A stretch of 64,000 bases of DNA from an uncultured Chloroflexia bacterium (GTDB lineage Bacteria > Chloroflexota > Limnocylindria > Limnocylindrales > CSP1-4), in NCBI GenBank assembly GCA_963833225.1, contig CAWHXD010000019.1, forward strand, positions 374,075 through 438,074, written 5' to 3'. Position numbers and translations under genes: made by a program. Every line of letters starts with the position of its first letter. The stretch's first letter is position 1. Below are positions 9,519 through 17,002 of the stretch, one piece after another. Below the pieces are notes generated by a model that was not told where the DNA came from, searched no databases, and worked only from the letters and a program-made list of their open reading frames with translations.

Positions 9519-10883
9519 GACCCGGCTCCCTGGGCTGTCCGCTGCGCGGCGGCGACGGGTGTCGCGGCTCCCGGCTCAACCGCGGCTGCGTCACCGCTCT
9601 CGACGTGCTCCTCGTGGTCATGCTTGCGGAGCCACGGCCAGCTGAAGAACAGGTGCGTGTCGCCTTCGCCCATGTTGAGGTAGCGCTCCGCGAGGGTGTA
9701 GAAGAACGCCATGAACGCGCCCCGCACCCACCAGGATCGCGATCTCCACCATCGTCGGCGTGTAGGTCGCGTACGGGTAGACCACGGTGCCGGCGAGCGC
9801 GGTGACCGGGGCGATCTGCCCGGCGGCGACGAACAGGTACCGGTCGAGCAGGATCCCCGCGAGGATCAGCACGCTCGCGGCAACCATTGCCTCGGGGCGC
9901 CGGGCGATCGGCAGCGAGATGATCACGGCCGGGACCACCAGCCCGAGGATGACCCGCGCCCAGAACTGCGCGGCCAGCGGCCCCGTCAGGAGGGCGGTGG
10001 TCGCCTCGCGAAGGCCCCGCTCCTCGCCGTTCAGCCCGGCTGCGATCATGCGCACGGTCAGCGCGCCGACGAGCGCGATCCCGATGGCGAGCAGGAGCCG
10101 TGCCGACGGCAGCGCGACCGGTGCCGCCCGCTCGAAATCGGCGAGCCGCAGCCGGTGGACGAAGTAGAAGACGATGCCCAGCAGCGCGGTGCCGGCAAGG
10201 AACGCCGAGGCGACCATCGTGATCGGCGTGAAGATCCCGTTCCAGAACACCTTCGCACCCAGGACGCCGAACACCGCGCCCAGCGTCGCCGGCGCCAGGA
10301 TCGCGATGATCGAGGCGCAGGTGCAGGCGTACTGGTGGATCTTCGGATGGTCCGTGAACAGGCTCCAGACCTCGACGACCAGGACCACGAGATAGGCACC
10401 GTAGAACACGCCCATCCACCACATGGGCGACGAGGGGGAGGGGACCAGCACCGCCCCGAAGATCATCCGGACCGGGTAGTGCAGGTCGAGGGCGATGATC
10501 AGGAACGCCGTGGTGAGCGAGAGGAGCGCGAGGATCGCGTGGCGCTTCTCGAACGGCTGGAAACGCTCGATGCCGAACACCGTCCCCAGCGACGACGCGA
10601 GGCACAGCCCGCTGGTCATGATCGCGAAGAACGCGTAGCCGATGATCATCAGCCCCCACTCGAACGAGGGCGTGGTCCCGAACACCTCCCAGCCGGGTGG
10701 CAGGGCCACGATCGCCGCGACGGCCATGACGGCCATCAGGGCGAGCAACAGCCCCAGCCATGCCTGGAGCACGACGGGCATGCTCCTGACCTCGGTCACG
10801 AGCGAGCGGGCGAGCGGTCGCGGGGCCAGCGGGATCCGGTAGTCCAGCAGGTGGAGCTCGAGCGGCGTGACGGTCGCGCGCAC
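9515..10883 (-). pseudogene. NrfD/PsrC-family polytopic quinol-interacting subunit, interrupted by a +1 frameshift near 9720-9723 (or a sequencing error)
   Basis: ORF 9618-10883 is NrfD-like and hydrophobic up to ...TMVEIAILVGAG, then becomes Arg-rich nonsense. The last helix (AFMAFFYTLAERYLNMGEGDTHLFFSWPW) continues in ORF 9515-9727, whose stop forms ATGA with the next gene. An extra G sits in a GGGG run. GTG start at 10883 follows AAGGAGGG. Confidence 0.8.
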
Positions 10884-10886
10884 CCC

Positions 10887-11903
10887 CTATCCCTCCTTGT
10901 TCACCGGGCCGAGGTAGAGCACCCGGGGTTGGGTGCCGTACTCGGGCCACAGGGACTTCGGGTACTGCGTGCGCAGGACCGTGCTGATCTCGCTCTCCGG
11001 GTCCGCGGCGTCGCCAAACTTCCGGGCACCGACGGGACACACCTCCACGCACGCCGGCTGGAGGTTGCGGCTGATGCGGTGGTAGCACCAGGTGCACTTG
11101 TCGGCGACCCCGGGCGTGTCGTTGGGCGCCTGGTCGCCGGCAGGGACGATGTACCGCGCGCCGTAGGGGCAGGAGACGACGCAGTACCCGCAGCCGATGC
11201 AACGGCTGGCGTCGACGAGGACCACCCCGTCCACGGTCTTGTAGGTGGCGCCCACGGGGCACACCGAGGTGCACGGGGAGTTCGCGCACTGCATGCACAG
11301 CCGCGGCATGAAGTAGGCCTCGTCCACCATCTTGCCGGCGGCCGTGGGATCGGTCGAGTCGAACGGGAAGCCGTTGATGCCGCCGTCCGGGGAGTCGATG
11401 TGGATCTCGCCGTCCGTGGTGACCACGTGGCGCTCGATCCAGGTCCGCGTGTACTGGGGCTCCTCCGGGACGTGGTTCTCCTCCTTGCAGGCCGAGACGC
11501 ACAGGCCGCAACCGATGCACGCCGCCGTGTCCACCACGTACGTCCAGCGTCGCGCCTCGGGGTCGTAGGTCGGGATGATCGGCGCGACGTCGGAAGGCTC
11601 CTCCGCAAAGACCGGGGTGAACCTCGCCAGCGCCGCCGCTCCCACCAGGCCGCCGGCGAGCGCGAGACCGAACCCCAGGAAGGCGCGGCGGCTGGTGGAC
11701 GCAGCCGTGATCGCGGGCGCGAGCTCCTCGAGCGGGACGAGCGTCGCATCGGCTGGGGCGGCCTCGACCGGCCGCGGCTCCGCGGGGGCTTCACCAGCCT
11801 CGGCCGGCCGCGCCGCCGCGGGGACGCCGGCGGGCACGGGCGCATCACCGGGCGTGTCCGCGCCGGCGACCGGGGCCGTGGTGGGGGTGGAGTCGTCGGT
11901 CAC
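10887..11903 (-). CDS. NrfC/HybA/PsrB-like 4x[4Fe-4S] ferredoxin subunit with twin-arginine signal
   Basis: Tat motif TSRRAFLGFGLALAGG. Four Cys clusters: CIGCGLCVSAC, CMQCANSPCTSVCP, CIGCGYCVVSCP and CTWC...CVEVCP. GTG start at 11903 overlaps the upstream stop (GTGA). Confidence 0.88.
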   Translation of the reverse strand: MTDDSTPTTAPVAGADTPGDAPVPAGVPAAARPAEAGEAPAEPRPVEAAPADATLVPLEELAPAITAASTSRRAFLGFGLALAGGLVGAAALARFTPVFAEEPSDVAPIIPTYDPEARRWTYVVDTAACIGCGLCVSACKEENHVPEEPQYTRTWIERHVVTTDGEIHIDSPDGGINGFPFDSTDPTAAGKMVDEAYFMPRLCMQCANSPCTSVCPVGATYKTVDGVVLVDASRCIGCGYCVVSCPYGARYIVPAGDQAPNDTPGVADKCTWCYHRISRNLQPACVEVCPVGARKFGDAADPESEISTVLRTQYPKSLWPEYGTQPRVLYLGPVNKEG

Positions 11904-12628
11904 GGTGACACCTGGGGGTTGGGGGAGGCGTCGCCCGCGAGGGCCGCGGCGCCGGCGTCCTCGGCGGGACCCCGTCCGGCGGCGTGGCACTCGAGGCAGC
12001 GGGCGTCATCGCTGGTGCCTGCGGGGTGGCGCTGGTTGCGGGCCTTGAAGCCGTCGGGTCCATGGCAGGTGAGGCAGGGCGGCAGGTCATTGAGCGGATG
12101 GAGGACGACCGGCGGCCGATTGGCCGTTCCAACGTGCGGATCGTGACATTCGAGGCACTGGGACACGTAGTGCTGGCCGGGCAGGACCTGGCGGAAGCCC
12201 ATCGGGCGGCCGGTCGCCGCGGTGTGACAGCGCAGGCAGACCTCGTCGGTGGGGACACGGACGGGGACCTGCTCCGAGGTGGCCCGGTCACCTGCCTCGG
12301 CATGCTCGAGCAGGGCGCCATGGCAGCTCTGGCAGCCGATGTCCTTGTGGGCGGCAAGGACCAGCGCCGTGTGCTCTCGCTCGTGGCAGGCCCCGCAGGT
12401 GCTCGACGCGGTGTACGAGAGCTGCAGACCCGCCCACTGCTTCGCGTTGACCGTGCTGTCGAGCGAGTACCGGAGGTACGGGCTCCATGCCATCGCCACG
12501 CCGACCACGAGCACGATCGAGAGGGCCGCGGCGCCGCCCAGGATGGCGGCAGCCGCAAGGAACCCGCCCCGGCGCGTGCGCGGCCGCACCGAGTCCCAGA
12601 AGCGGCGCAGCCGCTGCGACGGCTTCAC
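11900..12628 (-). CDS. membrane-anchored hexaheme c-type cytochrome
   Basis: N-terminal TM helix (FLAAAAILGGAAALSIVLVVGVAMAW) and six CxxCH motifs (CGACH, CQSCH, CLRCH, CLECH, CLTCH, CLECH). GTG start overlaps the regulator stop (GTGA at 12625-12628). Confidence 0.9.
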   Translation of the reverse strand: MKPSQRLRRFWDSVRPRTRRGGFLAAAAILGGAAALSIVLVVGVAMAWSPYLRYSLDSTVNAKQWAGLQLSYTASSTCGACHEREHTALVLAAHKDIGCQSCHGALLEHAEAGDRATSEQVPVRVPTDEVCLRCHTAATGRPMGFRQVLPGQHYVSQCLECHDPHVGTANRPPVVLHPLNDLPPCLTCHGPDGFKARNQRHPAGTSDDARCLECHAAGRGPAEDAGAAALAGDASPNPQVSP

Positions 12629-13341
12629 AGGACGGAGGGGTTCAGGAGACCGCGGCGGACCGTGTAGCGCAGCAGCTCGACCCGGTCGTGCAGGCCCAGC
12701 TTCTCCATCACGTTGGCGCGGTTGTAGTGGACGGTCTGCTGCGAGAGGCGCAGCGACTTCGCGATCTCGCGGTTGGTGTGGCCCATGGCCGCCAGGAGCA
12801 GGATCTGACGCTCCCGTTCGGTCAGCGACTCGTACGGGTCATCGAGCGTGGCATCAGGGGTCCGGCGCACGTAGGTGTCGACCATCCGGGTGACGATGGC
12901 CGGGCTGACGTAGGTGTGGCCGGCGGCCACGCTGCGGACCGCGCCCGTGATGTCGCTGTCCTGTGCCTCCCGGGTCAGGAAGCCATTCGCTCCCGCCTTG
13001 AGGGCCACCGAGAACTGCTCCGTGGCGCAGCGGCAGTCGAGCGCGATGATCTTGGCGTCCGGGCAGGCTTCGCGGATCGCCTCGATCGAGTCGTAGGTGC
13101 CGCATCCGAACCCGCCGACGCTCTCGCACTCGAGGACGATCACCGCCGGTTGGACGACGCGGGCCTGGTCAACGACCGAGTCCCGGCCGTCGACCTCGCC
13201 AACGACGTGCATGTCCGGGGTGGCGTCGATGACCGACCGCAGGGCCGTCGAGAGCATCGGGAAGTCGACGATCGCGAGCAGCACGCCAAGCCGGTCCACG
13301 GCGGGCACGGCCCCGCCCCGGGCATCGGAAACGGAGGTCAT
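12625..13341 (-). CDS. NarL/FixJ-type response regulator with LuxR HTH and a degenerate, Cys-rich receiver domain
   Basis: C-terminal LTERERQILLLAAMGHTNREIAKSLRLSQQTVHYNRANVMEKLG (LuxR HTH). The receiver aligns to NarL by eye, but the key residues are substituted (see findings). ATG at 13341; the track ORF to 13746 is an Arg-rich extension. Confidence 0.85.
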   Translation of the reverse strand: MTSVSDARGGAVPAVDRLGVLLAIVDFPMLSTALRSVIDATPDMHVVGEVDGRDSVVDQARVVQPAVIVLECESVGGFGCGTYDSIEAIREACPDAKIIALDCRCATEQFSVALKAGANGFLTREAQDSDITGAVRSVAAGHTYVSPAIVTRMVDTYVRRTPDATLDDPYESLTERERQILLLAAMGHTNREIAKSLRLSQQTVHYNRANVMEKLGLHDRVELLRYTVRRGLLNPSVL

Positions 13342-13352
13342 GACGGGCGTGA

Positions 13353-13691
13353 TCAGCGTGCCTGCGGCGTTCCCGTGTCGTCCCCGTGGCGGTTCCTGAC
13401 GACGTATGCCCAGAAGAAGGGCATCGCAACCATGAGCACGGTGACGAGCGCGGCGGCGAGCATGGTCGCCTGGGCGCCGAGGTTGAAGTAGACGAGCATC
13501 AGGGCCACGTAGGCCAGCGCGGAGCCGCACCACAGGGTGAGGGTCACGAGGCCCAGCCAGGCGGCGATCCGGGCGCCCCGCCCGCCCCGAGACCCGTACG
13601 CGAACCACGCGACGAGGGCCACGATGCCCTCGACCAGGAACAGCATCGGGACGACCAGCGCGACGGTTTCGGACAGTTCCGTGATCTGCAT
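13353..13691 (-). CDS. small membrane protein (3-4 TM), unknown function, first gene of the cytochrome operon
   Basis: 112 aa, strongly hydrophobic (ALVVPMLFLVEGIVALVAWF, AAWLGLVTLTLWCGSALAYVALMLVYF, MLAAALVTVLMVAMPFFWAYV). The stop lies 11 nt before the regulator ATG. Confidence 0.6.
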   Translation of the reverse strand: MQITELSETVALVVPMLFLVEGIVALVAWFAYGSRGGRGARIAAWLGLVTLTLWCGSALAYVALMLVYFNLGAQATMLAAALVTVLMVAMPFFWAYVVRNRHGDDTGTPQAR

Positions 13692-13812
13692 CCCCGAGGT
13701 CCCCAGTGCGTATCGCGGCCGCGACAGTGGTCGATAGGGGAATCATCGGTCACGGCCGTCGGTTGGAGCAGGGGCCAAGGGGGAAAAAGTGGCCCGTACC
13801 GGTCGATACATC

Positions 13813-13847
13813 CGGACGGCCGTTCGGACCCGGATCGAACGGCCGTC
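13813..13847 (-). terminator. 13-bp perfect-stem hairpin (GGACGGCCGTTCG-9 nt-CGAACGGCCGTCC)
   Basis: Read directly, about 100 nt downstream of the mtnA stop (13949) on the minus strand. Confidence 0.5.
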
Positions 13848-13948
13848 CGCATTCGGGCGATGTGCGTGGCCCCGGAGCCGACGCTCGTCGCCGGCCTGCC
13901 GCCAGGACCGCTCCGCCGGCGTGATCGGCGTCCCGCTCCTCGTGCCCC

Positions 13949-14956
13949 TCAGGCCCCGCCCGGCGTCTCCCCGCGGTCGGTCCGGATGACCCGCCGGTCG
14001 GTGACGATGGCGGTGATGAGCGACGCCGGCGTGACGTCGAACGCGGGGTTGAGCGCCCGGGTCCCGAGCGGAGCGGACGGGATATCGCGGAAGGACGTGA
14101 CCTCGCGGGCGTCCCGTTCCTCGATCACGATTCCGTCGCCGGTGGGCGTGCCGGCATCGATCGTGGACTCCGGGGCGACGACCAGGAACGGGATCCCCGC
14201 GTGGCGCGCGGCGAGGGCAAGCGCCAGGCTGCCGACCTTGTTCGCCGTGTCCCCGTTCGCGGTGATCCGGTCCGCTCCGATCAGCGCGATGTCGGCCAGC
14301 CCGCGGGCCAGCACCGACGCTGCCGCCCCGTCGACGAGCAGACGATGCGGGGCCCCCATCCTGGAGAGCTCCCACGCCGTCAGCCGCGCGCCCTGCAGCA
14401 GGGGCCGCGTCTCGAGCGGAAGCGCCTCCTCCAGCAGGCCGCGGGCATGAAGCTCGCCCACGACCCCGAGCGCCGTTCCCCGCTCCACGGCGGCCAGCGC
14501 GCCCGTGTTGCAGATGGTCATCGCCCGGACCCGGGGCCGAGCCACGAGCGTCCGGACCAGGTCCGCGCCACGGGTGGCCATCGCGGCACAGGCGGCAATG
14601 TCCTCGTCGCGGACGGCGAGCGCCTCGGCGAGGACCGAAGCCAGGCCGCCGGGCAGCTTCGCCAGGGCACGATCCGTTCCCCAGGCGAGGTTCACCGCCG
14701 TTGGGCGTGCGGCGCGGAGCCGTGTCGCGCCGGCCCGGACCGCTCGTGCATCACCGGGATGGAGGCGTGCCAGCAGCGCGACGCCCATGGCACCCGCGAC
14801 GCCCAGCGCCGGCGCACCCCGCACGGCGAGCCGCGAGATGGCATCCACGAGGGCATCAGGCGACGCCACTCGGAGGATGACGAGCTCGTCCGGGAGCCGC
14901 GTCTGGTCGATGAGGTGGATCTCGCCGTCAACCCAGTCGATCGTGCGTTCCGTCAT
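13949..14956 (-). CDS. mtnA: S-methyl-5-thioribose-1-phosphate isomerase / eIF-2B-like family
   Basis: IDWVDGEIHLIDQTRLPDE...AISRLAVRGAPALGVAGA...NTGALA...GADRITANGDTANKVG is the typical MtnA layout. Confidence 0.85.
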   Translation of the reverse strand: MTERTIDWVDGEIHLIDQTRLPDELVILRVASPDALVDAISRLAVRGAPALGVAGAMGVALLARLHPGDARAVRAGATRLRAARPTAVNLAWGTDRALAKLPGGLASVLAEALAVRDEDIAACAAMATRGADLVRTLVARPRVRAMTICNTGALAAVERGTALGVVGELHARGLLEEALPLETRPLLQGARLTAWELSRMGAPHRLLVDGAAASVLARGLADIALIGADRITANGDTANKVGSLALALAARHAGIPFLVVAPESTIDAGTPTGDGIVIEERDAREVTSFRDIPSAPLGTRALNPAFDVTPASLITAIVTDRRVIRTDRGETPGGA

Positions 14957-15096
14957 GGCGTGGCCACGCTAGCATGCGCCCATGTCGGATCTCATCGCCC
15001 TCGCGGCCTCCGTCCCCGCCACCACCGTTGATCGCCCGGCGGCCCTTGACCGAATCGACGCGGTCGCAGACCACGACGTGGAGGGCTGACTTGGCC

Positions 15097-16974
15097 GTGC
15101 CTCGCGGCCCCGGGATCGGGGAGCGCCTCTCGTATCGCTTCGACCGGTTCATGGAGCGGGGCACCATCGCGCTGATCGCGGGCCTGGCCGTCGTCTCGGT
15201 GCTGATCATCGTGGTCATCGTGGCGCTGCTCGTGCTGTTCCGTGGCGACGACGGGCACGACATCCCGTCCTTGCTCTGGATGTCGATGATGCGCACGCTC
15301 GACCCGGGCACCGTGGGCGGGGACGAGGGCAGCGGCCGGTTCCTGGTCGGGATGTTCGCCGTCACCCTCGCGGGCATCTTCGTCATCAGCACCCTCATCG
15401 GGATCCTGAGCAACGGCCTCCAGGACAAGCTGGCGGCGCTGCGCAAGGGGCGATCCCGGGTGCTGGAGCGCGATCACGTCGTGATCCTCGGCTGGAGCCA
15501 GCAGATCTTCGACGTCGTGTCCCAGCTGCTCCAGGGCGGCGCCGGACGGCCGGGCAACGCGATCGTGATCCTGGCCGATCGCGACCGCGTCGAGATGGAG
15601 ACGGAGCTCCGAGATCGGGTGAAGATCCCTCGCCGAGCCAGCGTCGTCTGCCGGACGGGTCGCGGTTCCGACCTCTCCGACCTGCCCATCGCCAACCCGG
15701 ACGAGTCCCGGGCGATCATCGTCCTCCAGGGCAGCGGCGGCGACCCGGACGTCGAGGTCCTCAAGACCATCCTCGCGGTCACCGGTCGGCATGAGCGGCG
15801 CACGGAGCCGTACCGGATCATCGCCGAGGTTCGGGACAGCGCCAGCGAGGGCATCGCCCGTCTCGTCGCCGGCGACGAGGTCCACCTGCTGCTCGCGGAC
15901 GAGCTGGTCGCGCGGATCATCGCCCAGACCAGCCGCCAGTCCGGGCTGTCCACGGTCTATCTCGAGCTGCTCGACTTCGCCGGCCACGAGTTCCACGTGG
16001 CTGCGATGCCGGCGCTCGATGGCCGAACCTTCGGCGACGCGGTCGCCGCGGTCTCGGGCGGTGTCGCCGTGGGCATCGTGGGGGCCGGCGGCGCCCGACT
16101 GGCACCGTCGCCCGCCGACGTCCTGGGCGCCGGCGACCGGATCGTGATCCTGGCCGAAGACCAGGACTCGGCGCGGTTCGGCGCTCCCCTCGAGGTCGAC
16201 ATGGGGGCCATCCATGGCGCCGAGGCCCGCGAGCCCGAGCCCGAGCGGACGCTCATCCTCGGCTGGAACCGCCGGGGTCCGGCCATCATCCGCGAGCTGG
16301 ACCAGTACGTCGCGCCGGGCTCCGAGGTAGTGGCCGTATCGGCCCTGGACTCGGTGGTCGATGCCGGCGCGATCGAGGGGCTCGCGAACCTTCGCGCCTC
16401 CGGCCGGGTGCTGAGCTCCACCGCGCGGCCGGTGCTCGATTCGCTCGACGTTCCCTCCTACCCGCACGTGATCGTGCTGTGCGAGTCGGACGACAGCGAC
16501 GCGGACCTGGCCGATGCCCGGACGCTGCTGACCCTGCTCCACCTGCGCGACATCGCCTCGAGGAGCGAGCGACCGTTCACGATCGTGTCGGAGATGCTCG
16601 ACGAGGGTGACCGGGAGCTGGCCGAGATCTCGCAGGCCGACGACTTCATCGTCAGCTCGCGGCTGCTGTCCCTGCTCCTGGCCCAGATCGCGGAGACGCC
16701 GGAGCTCGCGGACGTCTTCCGGGAGCTGTTCCACGCGGAGGGCGCCGAGGTCTACCTGCGGGAGGTGCGCGACTACATCGTGCTCGGCAGGCCCGTGTCG
16801 TTCGCCACGCTCCAGGCGGCTGCCCAGGCCCGCGGGGAGGTGGCCCTCGGCTACCGGATCGCCGCCCGCGCAAAGGAGCCGGGTGCCCGATATGGGGTCG
16901 TGCTCAACCCGGACAAGGGCGCGGCGGTGACCTTCGTCGATGGTGACCGCGTGGTGGTGCTGGCCGAGCGCTAG
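15097..16974 (+). CDS. CASTOR/POLLUX-related ion channel with two RCK/TrkA-N-like domains
   Basis: LSYRFDRFMERGT N-terminus, two TM helices flanking a pore loop (TLDPGTVGGDEG), then HVVILGWSQQ and TLILGWNRRG Rossmann-like RCK starts. Start is uncertain (GTG 15097 or ATG 15151); the track start 14974 is Pro/Arg-rich. Confidence 0.75.
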   Translation: MPRGPGIGERLSYRFDRFMERGTIALIAGLAVVSVLIIVVIVALLVLFRGDDGHDIPSLLWMSMMRTLDPGTVGGDEGSGRFLVGMFAVTLAGIFVISTLIGILSNGLQDKLAALRKGRSRVLERDHVVILGWSQQIFDVVSQLLQGGAGRPGNAIVILADRDRVEMETELRDRVKIPRRASVVCRTGRGSDLSDLPIANPDESRAIIVLQGSGGDPDVEVLKTILAVTGRHERRTEPYRIIAEVRDSASEGIARLVAGDEVHLLLADELVARIIAQTSRQSGLSTVYLELLDFAGHEFHVAAMPALDGRTFGDAVAAVSGGVAVGIVGAGGARLAPSPADVLGAGDRIVILAEDQDSARFGAPLEVDMGAIHGAEAREPEPERTLILGWNRRGPAIIRELDQYVAPGSEVVAVSALDSVVDAGAIEGLANLRASGRVLSSTARPVLDSLDVPSYPHVIVLCESDDSDADLADARTLLTLLHLRDIASRSERPFTIVSEMLDEGDRELAEISQADDFIVSSRLLSLLLAQIAETPELADVFRELFHAEGAEVYLREVRDYIVLGRPVSFATLQAAAQARGEVALGYRIAARAKEPGARYGVVLNPDKGAAVTFVDGDRVVVLAER

Positions 16975-17002
16975 CCCGGCTCGGGCGTCGCCCGGTCGGT
17001 CG

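Noticed and set aside
9515-9727. The 70-aa ORF (MRGAFMAFFYTLAERYL...) considered as an independent small gene.
   Set aside because: Its hydrophobic N-terminus continues the last NrfD helix exactly where the NrfD frame degenerates, and it has no RBS of its own. It is interpreted as the displaced C-terminus of nrfD.
8788-11520. Very long ORFs in the track, for example 8788-11520 (910 aa), 1217-3088, 14992-17064, 43330-45096, 9711-12146, 21667-23667 and 57828-59492.
   Set aside because: They are antisense to, or out of frame with, genes that have clear family motifs. Their translations are dominated by Arg/Pro/Gly/His/Asp with no hydrophobic core or motifs. These are the typical stop-codon-poor shadow ORFs of high-GC DNA.
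13949-14956. mtnA-like gene considered as part of a methionine-salvage or 5-deoxyribose (DHAP-shunt) cluster together with the class II aldolases and kinase further on.
   Set aside because: It is isolated, flanked by a terminator hairpin and a divergent channel gene. No mtnK, mtnB, mtnP or drdK-like partner is adjacent, and the aldolase and kinase genes 11 kb away belong to a coherent rhamnose operon.
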